This document shows positions 30,981 through 39,821 of a DNA stretch of 64,000 nt, in pieces. Numbering within the stretch: the stretch's first letter is position 1; every line of letters begins with the position of its first letter. Location of the stretch: the NCBI GenBank assembly GCA_014360565.1, contig JACIXH010000004.1, positions 14,429-78,428 on the forward strand, given 5' to 3'. The notes beneath the pieces were generated by a model. That model made no database searches. It was not told the DNA's origin and saw only the letters and a list, made by a program, of their open reading frames with translations. Position numbers and translations under genes: made by a program. The stretch is from Nocardia sp. (lineage in GTDB: Bacteria > Actinomycetota > Actinomycetes > Mycobacteriales > Mycobacteriaceae).

Positions 30981-33200
30981 TCAACCGGTGACGGCGAGAG
31001 CGGCGTGATCATCGATCGCGCTGACCCCGTCGAGGGTCACCTCGAGTATCCGCGCACCCGCGATGTCGAAGAACAGGCCCGACACCGCCAGACCACGCTC
31101 GGCGACAGCACGGCGCACCGCGGGATTGCGTCCCAGCGTCTCGAGCTGCACGGCGACATTGACCATGCTGAGCTGATCCACCTCGTCGTACCCGGCGGCC
31201 CTGGCCGCGGCGGCCACCGGGTGACCGGCACGCAACCGCTGCAACGTCGGCTCGGCGTGGCGCAACCAGGAGCTCAGACCACCTCGGGTGTCGGCGGCGG
31301 AGTACACCGCTTTCATCGCACCGCACGAGGAGTGCCCGCACACCACCACGGAGCGCACCGCGAGACTGTCCAACGCGAAACTCAGCGCGGCCTCGACGGA
31401 ATCGTCACCGCTGACCGGCACCAGGTTGCCCACGTTGCGCACGGTGAACAGGTCGCCGGGGCCGCTGTTGGTGATCACGTTGGGCACGATCCGCGAATCC
31501 GAGCAGGTCAGGAAGAACGAGTCCGGGTCCTGATGCGCACCGTCGAGGTGTGGCCGCACCACGTGGGCGTGGCCGCGGTGGAAGGCGGCGATACCCGCTG
31601 TCATCGCGGCGCCGCCGGATTTCTGATGGCGCCAGGGCCGGAGCATGTCGTCGATGGCGGCACGACCCAGTGCGCGGGTCGGTGGCGCGGCCGGGGTATT
31701 CGCCATCTTGGCGTGCCCGATCTCGATGAAATCGACGCGGCCACCGGTACTTTCGTGCTGCCGCTGCCAGTCCTCGATAGCCTCGAACGCGGCGTGGTCG
31801 AGGAAGTCGACGACCATCTCCACCGTCACATCGACGCTCGCGGGCACCTTCGCCAGCTCGGCCGACAGTTTCGGCAACGCGAGAAAGGTGCACGAACCGA
31901 CGATGTGGACCTGCCAGTTGCCGTCGGGCAACGGCGTCGCCTGCACGTGCACCCGCACAACCCGCCACAGCAGCAGCCCGAACGCCAGCCCCAAGCCGAT
32001 GACCACGCCCTCGAGGAGATTGGTGAACACCACGCCGAGCACGGTCACCACATAGACCAGCAGGTCGCCGGTGCGGCGCGCGAGCCGGATATGGGCCAGC
32101 TTCACCAGCTGCGTGCCGATGACGATGAGCAGACCGGCCAGCGCGGCCTTGGGAATCTGTTCCACCAGGCCGACCAGCGCGACCGAGAACAGCAGAATCC
32201 AGAGTCCGTGCAGGACGGCTGACGCCCTGGTCCGCGCGCCCGCCTGCACATTCGTAGCGCTGCGCACGATCACACCGGTGATCGGCAGGCCGCCGACCAG
32301 GCCGGAGACGACATTGGCGGTGCCCTGGCCGATCAGTTCCCGATCGAATCCGGTGCGCGGTCCGGTGTGCATCTTGTCGACCGCCACGGCCGAGAGCAGA
32401 CTCTCCACACTGGCGATCAGCGCGATGGTCAGCACCATCATCGCGACGGCGGTCCAGTTGCCCGAGGGCAGTTCCGGCAGACCGAGCGCGTCGAAGACCG
32501 ATCCGCTCAGCGCGATGCGATCGACCTCGGGCAGGCCGAACGAGAGCACTGTGCCGACGAGTACCGCGACCAGTGGGCCCGGCACCGCGCGCAGCTTCGG
32601 TGGGACGTACTTCCAGCCGAGCATCACCGCGATCACCACGGCGCCGACGAGCGCGTCACCACCGTGCAGCGACAACAGCTGCCCGGGTAGTTCGATCAGA
32701 TTGCGCAGCGCGGTGCTGTGCGAGGAACCGCCGAGCAACACGTGGATCTGCTGCAGGGCGATGGTGATGCCGATACCGGCCAGCATGGCGTGCACCACCA
32801 CGGGCGCCACGGCGAGCGCGGCGCGCGCGATCCGGCTGAGTCCGAACAGGATCTGCAGCACGCCGGCGGCGACCACGATGAAACAGGTGACGCGCCAACC
32901 GAATTGGGCGATCGATTCGGCGACGACGACGGTGAGACCGGCGGCGGGTCCACTGACCTGCAAAACCGACCCGCCGAGCGTTCCCGCGACCACACCACCG
33001 ATCACGGCGGCGGCCAGGCCCGCGGCGATCGGCGCACCGGAGGCGACCGCGATTCCGAGCGAAAGGGGCAGTGCGACAAGGAAAACCACGATGGAAGCCG
33101 GTAGATCGTGACGCAGTAGCGTCTGCTGCCACGCGGGGCGCGGCGGCTCTTTCGACAGAATGTCCGTACCGGGCGGGGCAAGGTCGTTCTCGATAGACAT
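30981..33200 (-). CDS. SulP anion transporter - beta-carbonic anhydrase fusion, copy A (Rv3273-like)
   Basis: DLPASIVVFLVALPLSLGIA, SGPAAGL, TCSDSR, GHSSCG. Confidence 0.92.
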   Translation of the reverse strand: MSIENDLAPPGTDILSKEPPRPAWQQTLLRHDLPASIVVFLVALPLSLGIAVASGAPIAAGLAAAVIGGVVAGTLGGSVLQVSGPAAGLTVVVAESIAQFGWRVTCFIVVAAGVLQILFGLSRIARAALAVAPVVVHAMLAGIGITIALQQIHVLLGGSSHSTALRNLIELPGQLLSLHGGDALVGAVVIAVMLGWKYVPPKLRAVPGPLVAVLVGTVLSFGLPEVDRIALSGSVFDALGLPELPSGNWTAVAMMVLTIALIASVESLLSAVAVDKMHTGPRTGFDRELIGQGTANVVSGLVGGLPITGVIVRSATNVQAGARTRASAVLHGLWILLFSVALVGLVEQIPKAALAGLLIVIGTQLVKLAHIRLARRTGDLLVYVVTVLGVVFTNLLEGVVIGLGLAFGLLLWRVVRVHVQATPLPDGNWQVHIVGSCTFLALPKLSAELAKVPASVDVTVEMVVDFLDHAAFEAIEDWQRQHESTGGRVDFIEIGHAKMANTPAAPPTRALGRAAIDDMLRPWRHQKSGGAAMTAGIAAFHRGHAHVVRPHLDGAHQDPDSFFLTCSDSRIVPNVITNSGPGDLFTVRNVGNLVPVSGDDSVEAALSFALDSLAVRSVVVCGHSSCGAMKAVYSAADTRGGLSSWLRHAEPTLQRLRAGHPVAAAARAAGYDEVDQLSMVNVAVQLETLGRNPAVRRAVAERGLAVSGLFFDIAGARILEVTLDGVSAIDDHAALAVTG

Positions 33201-33424
33201 GATTCTCCTTCGCCGGCTCCCGGCGCTGGGCCGAGGCCGATCATCACGAGGACGGTGGTGAAGCAAAGGGGCTGAAAGCGCGCTGCGATGCCGGTGCGAC
33301 GGCGAACCGGCGACGGTGGATCCAAATCTATTGGTAAAGAATTGGCAAAGCCAGTGTGCCGCACAAACAGTGGGCCTCGCCATAACGCCGGGGGCGGTGT
33401 GGTGTGACCCACAACCACCCCCGT

Positions 33425-35620
33425 TTACACCGGTTCGGCAGCGACCCTGCGAACCTCGTCGAAACCGGAGATCCCGTCGGCGTGGATCTCGATCACCCTC
33501 GCGGTCGCCAGATCGAAGAACAACCCGGTCACCGCGACACCGCGTTCGGCCATCCCGCTGCGAATCGCCGGGTAGTCGACGAGGGTCTGCACCTGGCGGG
33601 CGACATTGACCATGCCGAGTTGGTCGACCGGGCCGAAGCCGGCCGAAGCCGCGGCCTCGGCGACCGGATGGCCGCCGTAGAACGCCGCCAGGGTCGGCTG
33701 CGCGTGGGCGAGCCAGTCGTCGAGCCCCGGCCCGGCCTGAACCTGCCGGTACAGCGCCTCCATCGCACCGCAGGCGCTGTGCCCGCACACCACCACCGAG
33801 CGCACGTCGAGCTTGTCGAGCGCGTAGATCAGCGCGGCCTCGACCGAGACGTCGCTGCCACCGACCGGCACCAGATTGCCGACATTGCGGACGGTGAACA
33901 GATCACCGGGACCGCTGTTGGTGATCACATTGGGCACGATCCTGGCGTCGGCACAGGTCAGGAAGAAGGTGTCGGCGTCGGGCCGGTCGCGCAGCCCGTG
34001 CAGGTGCGGGCGTAGCAGGTGCGCGGGCCCGCGATGGTAGGCGGCGATCCCCGCGGTGATGGCGTCACCCGCACCGCCGGTGCGCCGCCACGGCCCGATC
34101 GCCTCGTCGATCACCTTGCGTGACTGACCGCGTTCGGGTGGTGCGGTATCGGCACGAGCCATCCGCGCGGTACCCATTTCGACGAAATCGACCGAGTCAC
34201 CGGCGAATGCGCGCTGGTCGGCCCATTCAGCGATGGCATCGCAGGCCGCGTGGTCGAGGAAGTCGACGGTCATCTCCACGGTCACGTCGACCCCGGCGGG
34301 CACCTCGGCCAGTTTCCCCGCCAGTCTCGGCAGTGCGAGGAAGGTGCAGGAGCCGTCGATGGTGACCAGCCACCGTTGCGAGCCCGGCACCGCAGCGGCG
34401 GTGATCGTCACCTTGACCACCCGCCACAGCAGCACCGCGAACGCCAGCGCCAGCCCCATCACCACTCCTTCCAGCAGGTTCGCGAACACCACCCCCGCCA
34501 CCGTGACGACATAGACCAGCAGATCACCGGTGCGCAGCGCCCGCTTGATGTGCGCGAGTTTCACCAACTGCATCCCGATCACGATGAGCAGTCCGGCCAG
34601 CGCTGCCTTCGGGATCTTCTCCACCACGCCGACCAGGGCCACGGAGAACACCAGAATCCAGAGACCGTGCAGCACAGCCGAAGCCCGGCTGCGCGCCCCC
34701 GCACGCACATTGGTGGCGCTGCGCACGATCACACCGGTGATCGGCAGCCCGCCGATCAGACCGGACAGCAGATTGGCCGAGCCCTGTCCGAGCATCTCCC
34801 GATCGAAATCGGCGCGCTGACCCTCGCGCATCCGGCCGACGGCCACCGCCGAGAGCAGGCTTTCCACACTGGCGATCAGCGCGATGGTGAGCACCGTGAA
34901 GGCCACATGCCACCAGTCCCCCGTGGGCACCTGCGGTAGCGTCATCGAGTCGAACAGCGAGGCGTTCAACATGATTCGCTCGATCTCGGTGGGCAGCACG
35001 GTCGCCAGCCCGGCACCGGCGAGAATCGCGACCAGCGGTGCGGGCACGAGGCGGATCCGGGCGGGCAGGTACTTCCAGCCGAGCAGGATCGCCATGACCA
35101 CGAGGCCGACGACCACGTCACCCCAGCGCGCGGCACGCAGTTGCGCGGGCAGCGCGCTCAGGTTGGCCAGGCTGGAACTGCCCGACACCCCACCGAGCAG
35201 CACCAGCAGTTGCTGGAGCGCGATCGTGATGCCGATGCCGGCGAGCATCGCGTGCACCACCACCGGCGCCACCGCCAGTGCGGCCCGCGCGATCCGGCTG
35301 AGCCCGAACAGGATCTGCAGTACACCCGCCGCAGCGACAATGAAACAGGTTGCTCGCCAGCCGAATTGCGCAATCGTCTCGGCGACCACCACCGTCAGCC
35401 CCGCGGCGGGCCCACTCACCTGCAGCGGGGACCCACCGAGTAAACCGGCCACCACACCGCCGACCACGGCGGCGATCAATCCGGCGGCGACCGGCGCACC
35501 GGAGGCCACTGCGATGCCGATCGAGAGCGGCAGCGCCACCAGGAAGACCACCACGGACGCGGGAAGATCGTGGCGCAGAACAGATTTCCATCGAGGGCCC
35601 AGATCGTTGTCGGTAGCCAT
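33425..35620 (-). CDS. SulP anion transporter - beta-carbonic anhydrase fusion, copy B
   Basis: DLPASVVVFLVALPLSIGIA, TCADAR, GHSACG; start inferred from an RBS identical to copy A. Confidence 0.92.
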   Translation of the reverse strand: MATDNDLGPRWKSVLRHDLPASVVVFLVALPLSIGIAVASGAPVAAGLIAAVVGGVVAGLLGGSPLQVSGPAAGLTVVVAETIAQFGWRATCFIVAAAGVLQILFGLSRIARAALAVAPVVVHAMLAGIGITIALQQLLVLLGGVSGSSSLANLSALPAQLRAARWGDVVVGLVVMAILLGWKYLPARIRLVPAPLVAILAGAGLATVLPTEIERIMLNASLFDSMTLPQVPTGDWWHVAFTVLTIALIASVESLLSAVAVGRMREGQRADFDREMLGQGSANLLSGLIGGLPITGVIVRSATNVRAGARSRASAVLHGLWILVFSVALVGVVEKIPKAALAGLLIVIGMQLVKLAHIKRALRTGDLLVYVVTVAGVVFANLLEGVVMGLALAFAVLLWRVVKVTITAAAVPGSQRWLVTIDGSCTFLALPRLAGKLAEVPAGVDVTVEMTVDFLDHAACDAIAEWADQRAFAGDSVDFVEMGTARMARADTAPPERGQSRKVIDEAIGPWRRTGGAGDAITAGIAAYHRGPAHLLRPHLHGLRDRPDADTFFLTCADARIVPNVITNSGPGDLFTVRNVGNLVPVGGSDVSVEAALIYALDKLDVRSVVVCGHSACGAMEALYRQVQAGPGLDDWLAHAQPTLAAFYGGHPVAEAAASAGFGPVDQLGMVNVARQVQTLVDYPAIRSGMAERGVAVTGLFFDLATARVIEIHADGISGFDEVRRVAAEPV

Positions 35621-35822
35621 CATTCTCCTTCGCCGGGAGCGCGCCCCCGGTTCATCGGTCGAACATGCACTGGCAAGAAAAGCGACGCACTCGCAACAGC
35701 GGTGACACTGCGAACGGCTTCGTGGAGCTCGGACTCATGACGCGAAGACCGCGACAATGGTAAAGAACTTCCCAAGCGCTAGGAAAGCTTTTCGGGAAGA
35801 TTGTGACCAATCGCGGCCGATT

Positions 35823-35838
35823 TGTGACCTCAGTCACA
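35823..35838. promoter_or_regulatory. CRP/GlxR consensus site
   Basis: TGTGA-cctcag-TCACA, about 200 bp upstream of SulP-CA copy B. Confidence 0.6.
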
Positions 35839-36579
35839 TAGCAGATTGTGGGCCAGCTGCCGTTGGGTCGCGTGGTCGACGCCCGCGCTCGCCGCCCACG
35901 CGGCGGGGCCGCCGTGCGCGGTGTCCAGGTGGGTCAGGAACTGAGCCATGGTGCTCGCGTCGGCGGCGAAGATCCAGGCAGGGAGCCGGTCGGCATCCGT
36001 CCGCCCGCTGCGAGCCCGCAGCGCGGCGATGTTGGGGGTGGTGGCGGCATAGTCGGCGACGATGTCGTCGGCGCGCACCCCGGCGACCGCGAGCAACAGG
36101 GCGATCACCACCCCGGTGCGATCCTTGCCCGCGGCGCAGTGGATCAGCGCGGGGAGCTGGGCCCGGGTGGCGAGCAGTTGCAGCACCGCGGCGATGTTCT
36201 CGCTGCTGTGCTCGAGGTATTCGCAGTACCGATCGAACATGCTCCCGTCGGGCGCGACATCGGCGAGGTCGAGCCGTACGCGATCAGCGCCGTAGATGTG
36301 CACATTCCGATGGGTGGCGACGGCATCGACCACGACACCTGTTCCGTCCGTGCCGATCTCGCCCGGCCCACGCAAGTCGACGATGGTCCGCAGCCCGCAC
36401 TCGGCCAGCAGGAACGACACATCATCGGCGTCGAGCCCGGTCAGCACCTCCGACCGCAGCACCCGCAGCCGGCGCACCTGCCGCCCGTCCGTCGTGCGCA
36501 ACCCACCCAGATCGCGCGCGTTCACCGCTCCGCGCAGCGGCAATCTTCGTGCTACCGAGGAACTCTCACTGCCCGTCAT
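35830..36579 (-). CDS. tyrosine-protein phosphatase (PtpB/IphP-like)
   Basis: NARDLGG, IVDLR, HCAAGKDRTG, IVADY. Confidence 0.9.
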   Translation of the reverse strand: MTGSESSSVARRLPLRGAVNARDLGGLRTTDGRQVRRLRVLRSEVLTGLDADDVSFLLAECGLRTIVDLRGPGEIGTDGTGVVVDAVATHRNVHIYGADRVRLDLADVAPDGSMFDRYCEYLEHSSENIAAVLQLLATRAQLPALIHCAAGKDRTGVVIALLLAVAGVRADDIVADYAATTPNIAALRARSGRTDADRLPAWIFAADASTMAQFLTHLDTAHGGPAAWAASAGVDHATQRQLAHNLLCD

Positions 36580-36839
36580 CGCATCCCGCTCTCGTTACCT
36601 GAGTCGCGATACTTCCCCCTTCGAGCGCACACGACGTCCGTGATCGGCAACTGCGATAGCAGGATCAGATCGCTCTATGCCACCACTTCATCCACTGAAC
36701 GTGGACCGGTGGATCCGAGCGGCCGCACACGCCCGGCGATCCACCCGACATCCGGCGGGAGAAGCGATCAGGAATCGAGAAGTTTCGAGGTCGGCGCCGT
36801 GGAAGCATTGTCTTGCACGGATCGATGAAAGGGTTTCCG

Positions 36840-37248
36840 ATGAACATCACGTGGGTTCGACGAGCTCATCGCCTGCTTGCCGTCGGCTTCCTCGCCACCA
36901 TCGTCATCACGGTGATCGGATTGTCGATCGGCGGACCGGAATGGGTGGTCTACCTGCCGCTGATTCCACTCGCGGGCCTCTTCCTGTCCGGTGCGCTGAT
37001 GTTCGTGGTGCTCGTGCGCGGCGCGCGAGCGATGTCGGCGCCCGGCGGGAGCGACGGCCGGGTCCGTCTGGTGCACCGGTGGTCGGCGGTGGTTCGTGGT
37101 CGCTGTCGTTGCCACCGTGTTCGCGCTGGCACGGCAGGACCCGATCGTGTGGGTGTCTTATCTGCCGTTGATCCCGCTCGCCGGGCTCTTGCTGTCCGGC
37201 TCGTTCCTGCTGGTGGCGCCGCGGCTACGGGCGCGGCGCCACCAGTAG
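36840..37248 (+). pseudogene. small internally duplicated membrane protein with a frameshift at about 37092
   Basis: The first half ...WVVYLPLIPLAGLFLSG is matched by ...WVSYLPLIPLAGLLLSG only in the shifted frame 37093-37248. Confidence 0.7.
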
Positions 37249-37255
37249 GCCGGCG

Positions 37256-38479
37256 TCAGCCGATGTCGACCACCCGCGCCCAGTCCGGTGGTCTGTCCGG
37301 AATGTAGTCCGGATCGTCGTGCCGCCACGCGCGCTCGCGGCGGAACAGCCCGACCACGGTCCGGCAGGCCGGTTGCTGTGACGGCCATGGCGTCTGACCG
37401 TCGGTGAGGGCCACGAGCACATCCGGGCGGGTGCGCAACGCCTTGACGAACCCGGTGCGCAGGTCGGTGCCGCCACCGCCGATCAGCGTCATCCCCTCGG
37501 CCTGGCACAGCGGGTGGGCGATCCGTGCGGCGGCGTCGCACGAGAACACGGTGACCAGATCGCGGCGCCCGCCCACCGCGCGCATGATGGCCGCCACTTC
37601 CAGCAGGGCACTACCGAGTTCGTCGTCGCTGACCGACCCCGAGGTGTCGATGACCACGCTGACCCGAGGTGGGGTGCGGCGCAGGCTCGGCAGGACGATG
37701 CCGGGCAGTGCCGTCGAGCGCCGGGCCGGGCGACGGTAGGTGTAGTCCTCGCCGACGCCGGGGGCCGAGACTGCCGCACGGAGTGCGGCGCCCAGCAGCT
37801 GACGCCATGGCTGGGACGGATGCAGTGCCTCGTTCGCCCAGCGCCGCCAACCCTGTGGCGAGTCACCGGGACGGCCGGCGATGCCCTGTGCCACGAGGAA
37901 CCGGACTCCGTCGCGCTGCTGCTCGCTGAGGCCGTCGGCCCCGTCCGGCCCCAGCTCCCACTCGCGATCGGACCCGTCCGCACCGCTGCCACAGTCGAGC
38001 CAGGCCATGTCCTGACCGAGATTGCCCAGGCGGAACTGGCCCAGGTAGTCCTCCATGAGCTGACCTTCGTGCAGCCCCAAGACCGCGGGCGTGACCGCGT
38101 CCTCGGGCCAGACCAGGCCGTCGCCGAACGCGTCGTCGTTGATCTCGGCATCGGCGGCGATGTTCATGCGCAATCGCTCCCCCGGGCCGGTCAGATCGTG
38201 GAGGCGGGCGTAGCGGTCGCTGCGCGCGTGATGGTCACGCAGCAGATGTGACACCTCGTGCACGAGGATCGAGGCCAGTTCTTCCACCGATTTCCGGTCG
38301 ACGTAGCGGGGCGACACATAGCAGCGCCAGTACTTGTCCACGCCCATCGTCGGCAACGCCGCCGACTCGACGATGTGCAGCGCGTACAGAGCGGTCGCCA
38401 GATAGGGACGAGCCGAAACCGCGTGCAGCCGTGCGGCATACAGCTTGGCGAAATCCAGCCCGGTGGTATCGGCTGTCAT
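37256..38479 (-). CDS. DUF2201-type metallopeptidase-vWA domain protein
   Basis: HEVSH, NIAADAEIND, MIDAS DTSGS, GGGGTD; ATGA overlap with the AAA gene. Confidence 0.87.
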   Translation of the reverse strand: MTADTTGLDFAKLYAARLHAVSARPYLATALYALHIVESAALPTMGVDKYWRCYVSPRYVDRKSVEELASILVHEVSHLLRDHHARSDRYARLHDLTGPGERLRMNIAADAEINDDAFGDGLVWPEDAVTPAVLGLHEGQLMEDYLGQFRLGNLGQDMAWLDCGSGADGSDREWELGPDGADGLSEQQRDGVRFLVAQGIAGRPGDSPQGWRRWANEALHPSQPWRQLLGAALRAAVSAPGVGEDYTYRRPARRSTALPGIVLPSLRRTPPRVSVVIDTSGSVSDDELGSALLEVAAIMRAVGGRRDLVTVFSCDAAARIAHPLCQAEGMTLIGGGGTDLRTGFVKALRTRPDVLVALTDGQTPWPSQQPACRTVVGLFRRERAWRHDDPDYIPDRPPDWARVVDIG

Positions 38480-39723
38480 CGGCCCGCCTCGACCGCGACA
38501 CGGGCAGCGGCGCGATCGGCACTCTGCGACACCGACACCACCGCGGCGAGTCGTTCGATCGAGGCGGGCACCTCCCAGTTGTCGCGGCGCAGTGTGGCCA
38601 GGGTGGTGGCGGGTACGACCACCAGGTCCGGAGCTCCGGTTTCCACCGCTTTGACCAGCAGCGACCACGCCGCGTCCCAACGAGACCGCTCGGGTCGTCG
38701 ACGGACTGCGGCCACCACACCGTCGAGCACGGCTTGACGCAGGTCGCCGCGCGTGGGCAGCTCGGCGGCGGCGGGATCGGCGAGCAGCACCTCGGGATCG
38801 GGCAGATCCATTCGATCGATGCTGGTCAGCAGTTCGAAACCGGCACCGTCGCCGACCGTGCCGCGGATCAGCTGCGACAGCACATCGCGACTCGCGTCGG
38901 CCGCGGTGGCGAAGGCGATCAATCGCAGCGTCATCTCCCAGCTGCGCGGCGACGGCCACGGACCGCCCCGCCTGGTCTCGGTGGTGGGCATCTGATGCAC
39001 GAGTTTCGGCCGCGCCGCGAGCAGCGTGCAGACCGCGCGGCGAGCGAAAACAACCGCTGCCGCGAAACTTTCGGGCGCGAGCCGGGGCAGGGTCGCTCGT
39101 GGCCACGTGCCACCGAGGCCACGAACGACGACGTCGTGCTCGTGGGTCCATTGCAGGTGCACGAACCGGTTCGCCAGCGGCGGGCTCAGCTCCCAGCCGT
39201 CGGCGGCCGAGGAGCGCGGGTTGGCGGCAGCGACGATGCGCACGCCCGGCGGCAGTTCCAGTGCGCCGACGCGCCTTTCGAGAACCACTCGCAGCAGTGC
39301 GGCCTGCACGGCGGGCGGCGCGGTGGACAGCTCGTCGAGGAACAGCAAGCCGCGCCCGGCCCGCACCAGGCGCACCGCCCAATCCGGCGGCGCCATCGCA
39401 ACGCCCTGGGTCGCGGGGTCCTCGCCGATGACGGGCAGCCCCGAGAAGTCCGATGGCTCGTGCACACTCGCGATCACCGTGGTCAGCGGCAGGTCTAGTG
39501 ACTGGGCGAGCTGGGTCAGGGCCGCGGTCTTGCCGATGCCGGGCTCGCCCCACAGCAGTACCGGCAGGTCGGCGGCCACGGCCAAAGTCAGGGCTTCGAG
39601 TTGCGTATTGGTCCGCGGTTCCGTCTGTACCTCACCGAGCAGAGCGAGGAGTTCGCCGGCGACGTCGAGCTGTGAGTCGGAAGCGGGGGTCGGAAGCGCA
39701 GCGCAGGGAGCATGAACAGTCAT
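38476..39723 (-). CDS. MoxR-like AAA+ ATPase
   Basis: GEPGIGKT, LLFLDE, AAANP, LANRF, SPRSW. Confidence 0.9.
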   Translation of the reverse strand: MTVHAPCAALPTPASDSQLDVAGELLALLGEVQTEPRTNTQLEALTLAVAADLPVLLWGEPGIGKTAALTQLAQSLDLPLTTVIASVHEPSDFSGLPVIGEDPATQGVAMAPPDWAVRLVRAGRGLLFLDELSTAPPAVQAALLRVVLERRVGALELPPGVRIVAAANPRSSAADGWELSPPLANRFVHLQWTHEHDVVVRGLGGTWPRATLPRLAPESFAAAVVFARRAVCTLLAARPKLVHQMPTTETRRGGPWPSPRSWEMTLRLIAFATAADASRDVLSQLIRGTVGDGAGFELLTSIDRMDLPDPEVLLADPAAAELPTRGDLRQAVLDGVVAAVRRRPERSRWDAAWSLLVKAVETGAPDLVVVPATTLATLRRDNWEVPASIERLAAVVSVSQSADRAAARVAVEAGR

Positions 39724-39821
39724 AGCGGAATCACCTTGTGGGTTCAGAAGAATGGGATGAATGCCGAGCGCGCGCGCACTCGGGCGGTACGAGAACGCGT
39801 GTCCGCGTAGTGCGGATCGCG

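Noticed and set aside
30981-33788. 935-aa SulP ORF and other long N-terminal extensions in the ORF track (FMO, ruvA, pdxT, pimA, macro, TauE)
   Set aside because: The extensions overlap neighbouring genes; internal starts with RBSs match family N-termini
37256-39553. 765-aa ORF as a single fusion protein
   Set aside because: The N-terminal part overlaps the AAA gene out of frame and is Arg-rich noise; the real gene begins at ATG 38479
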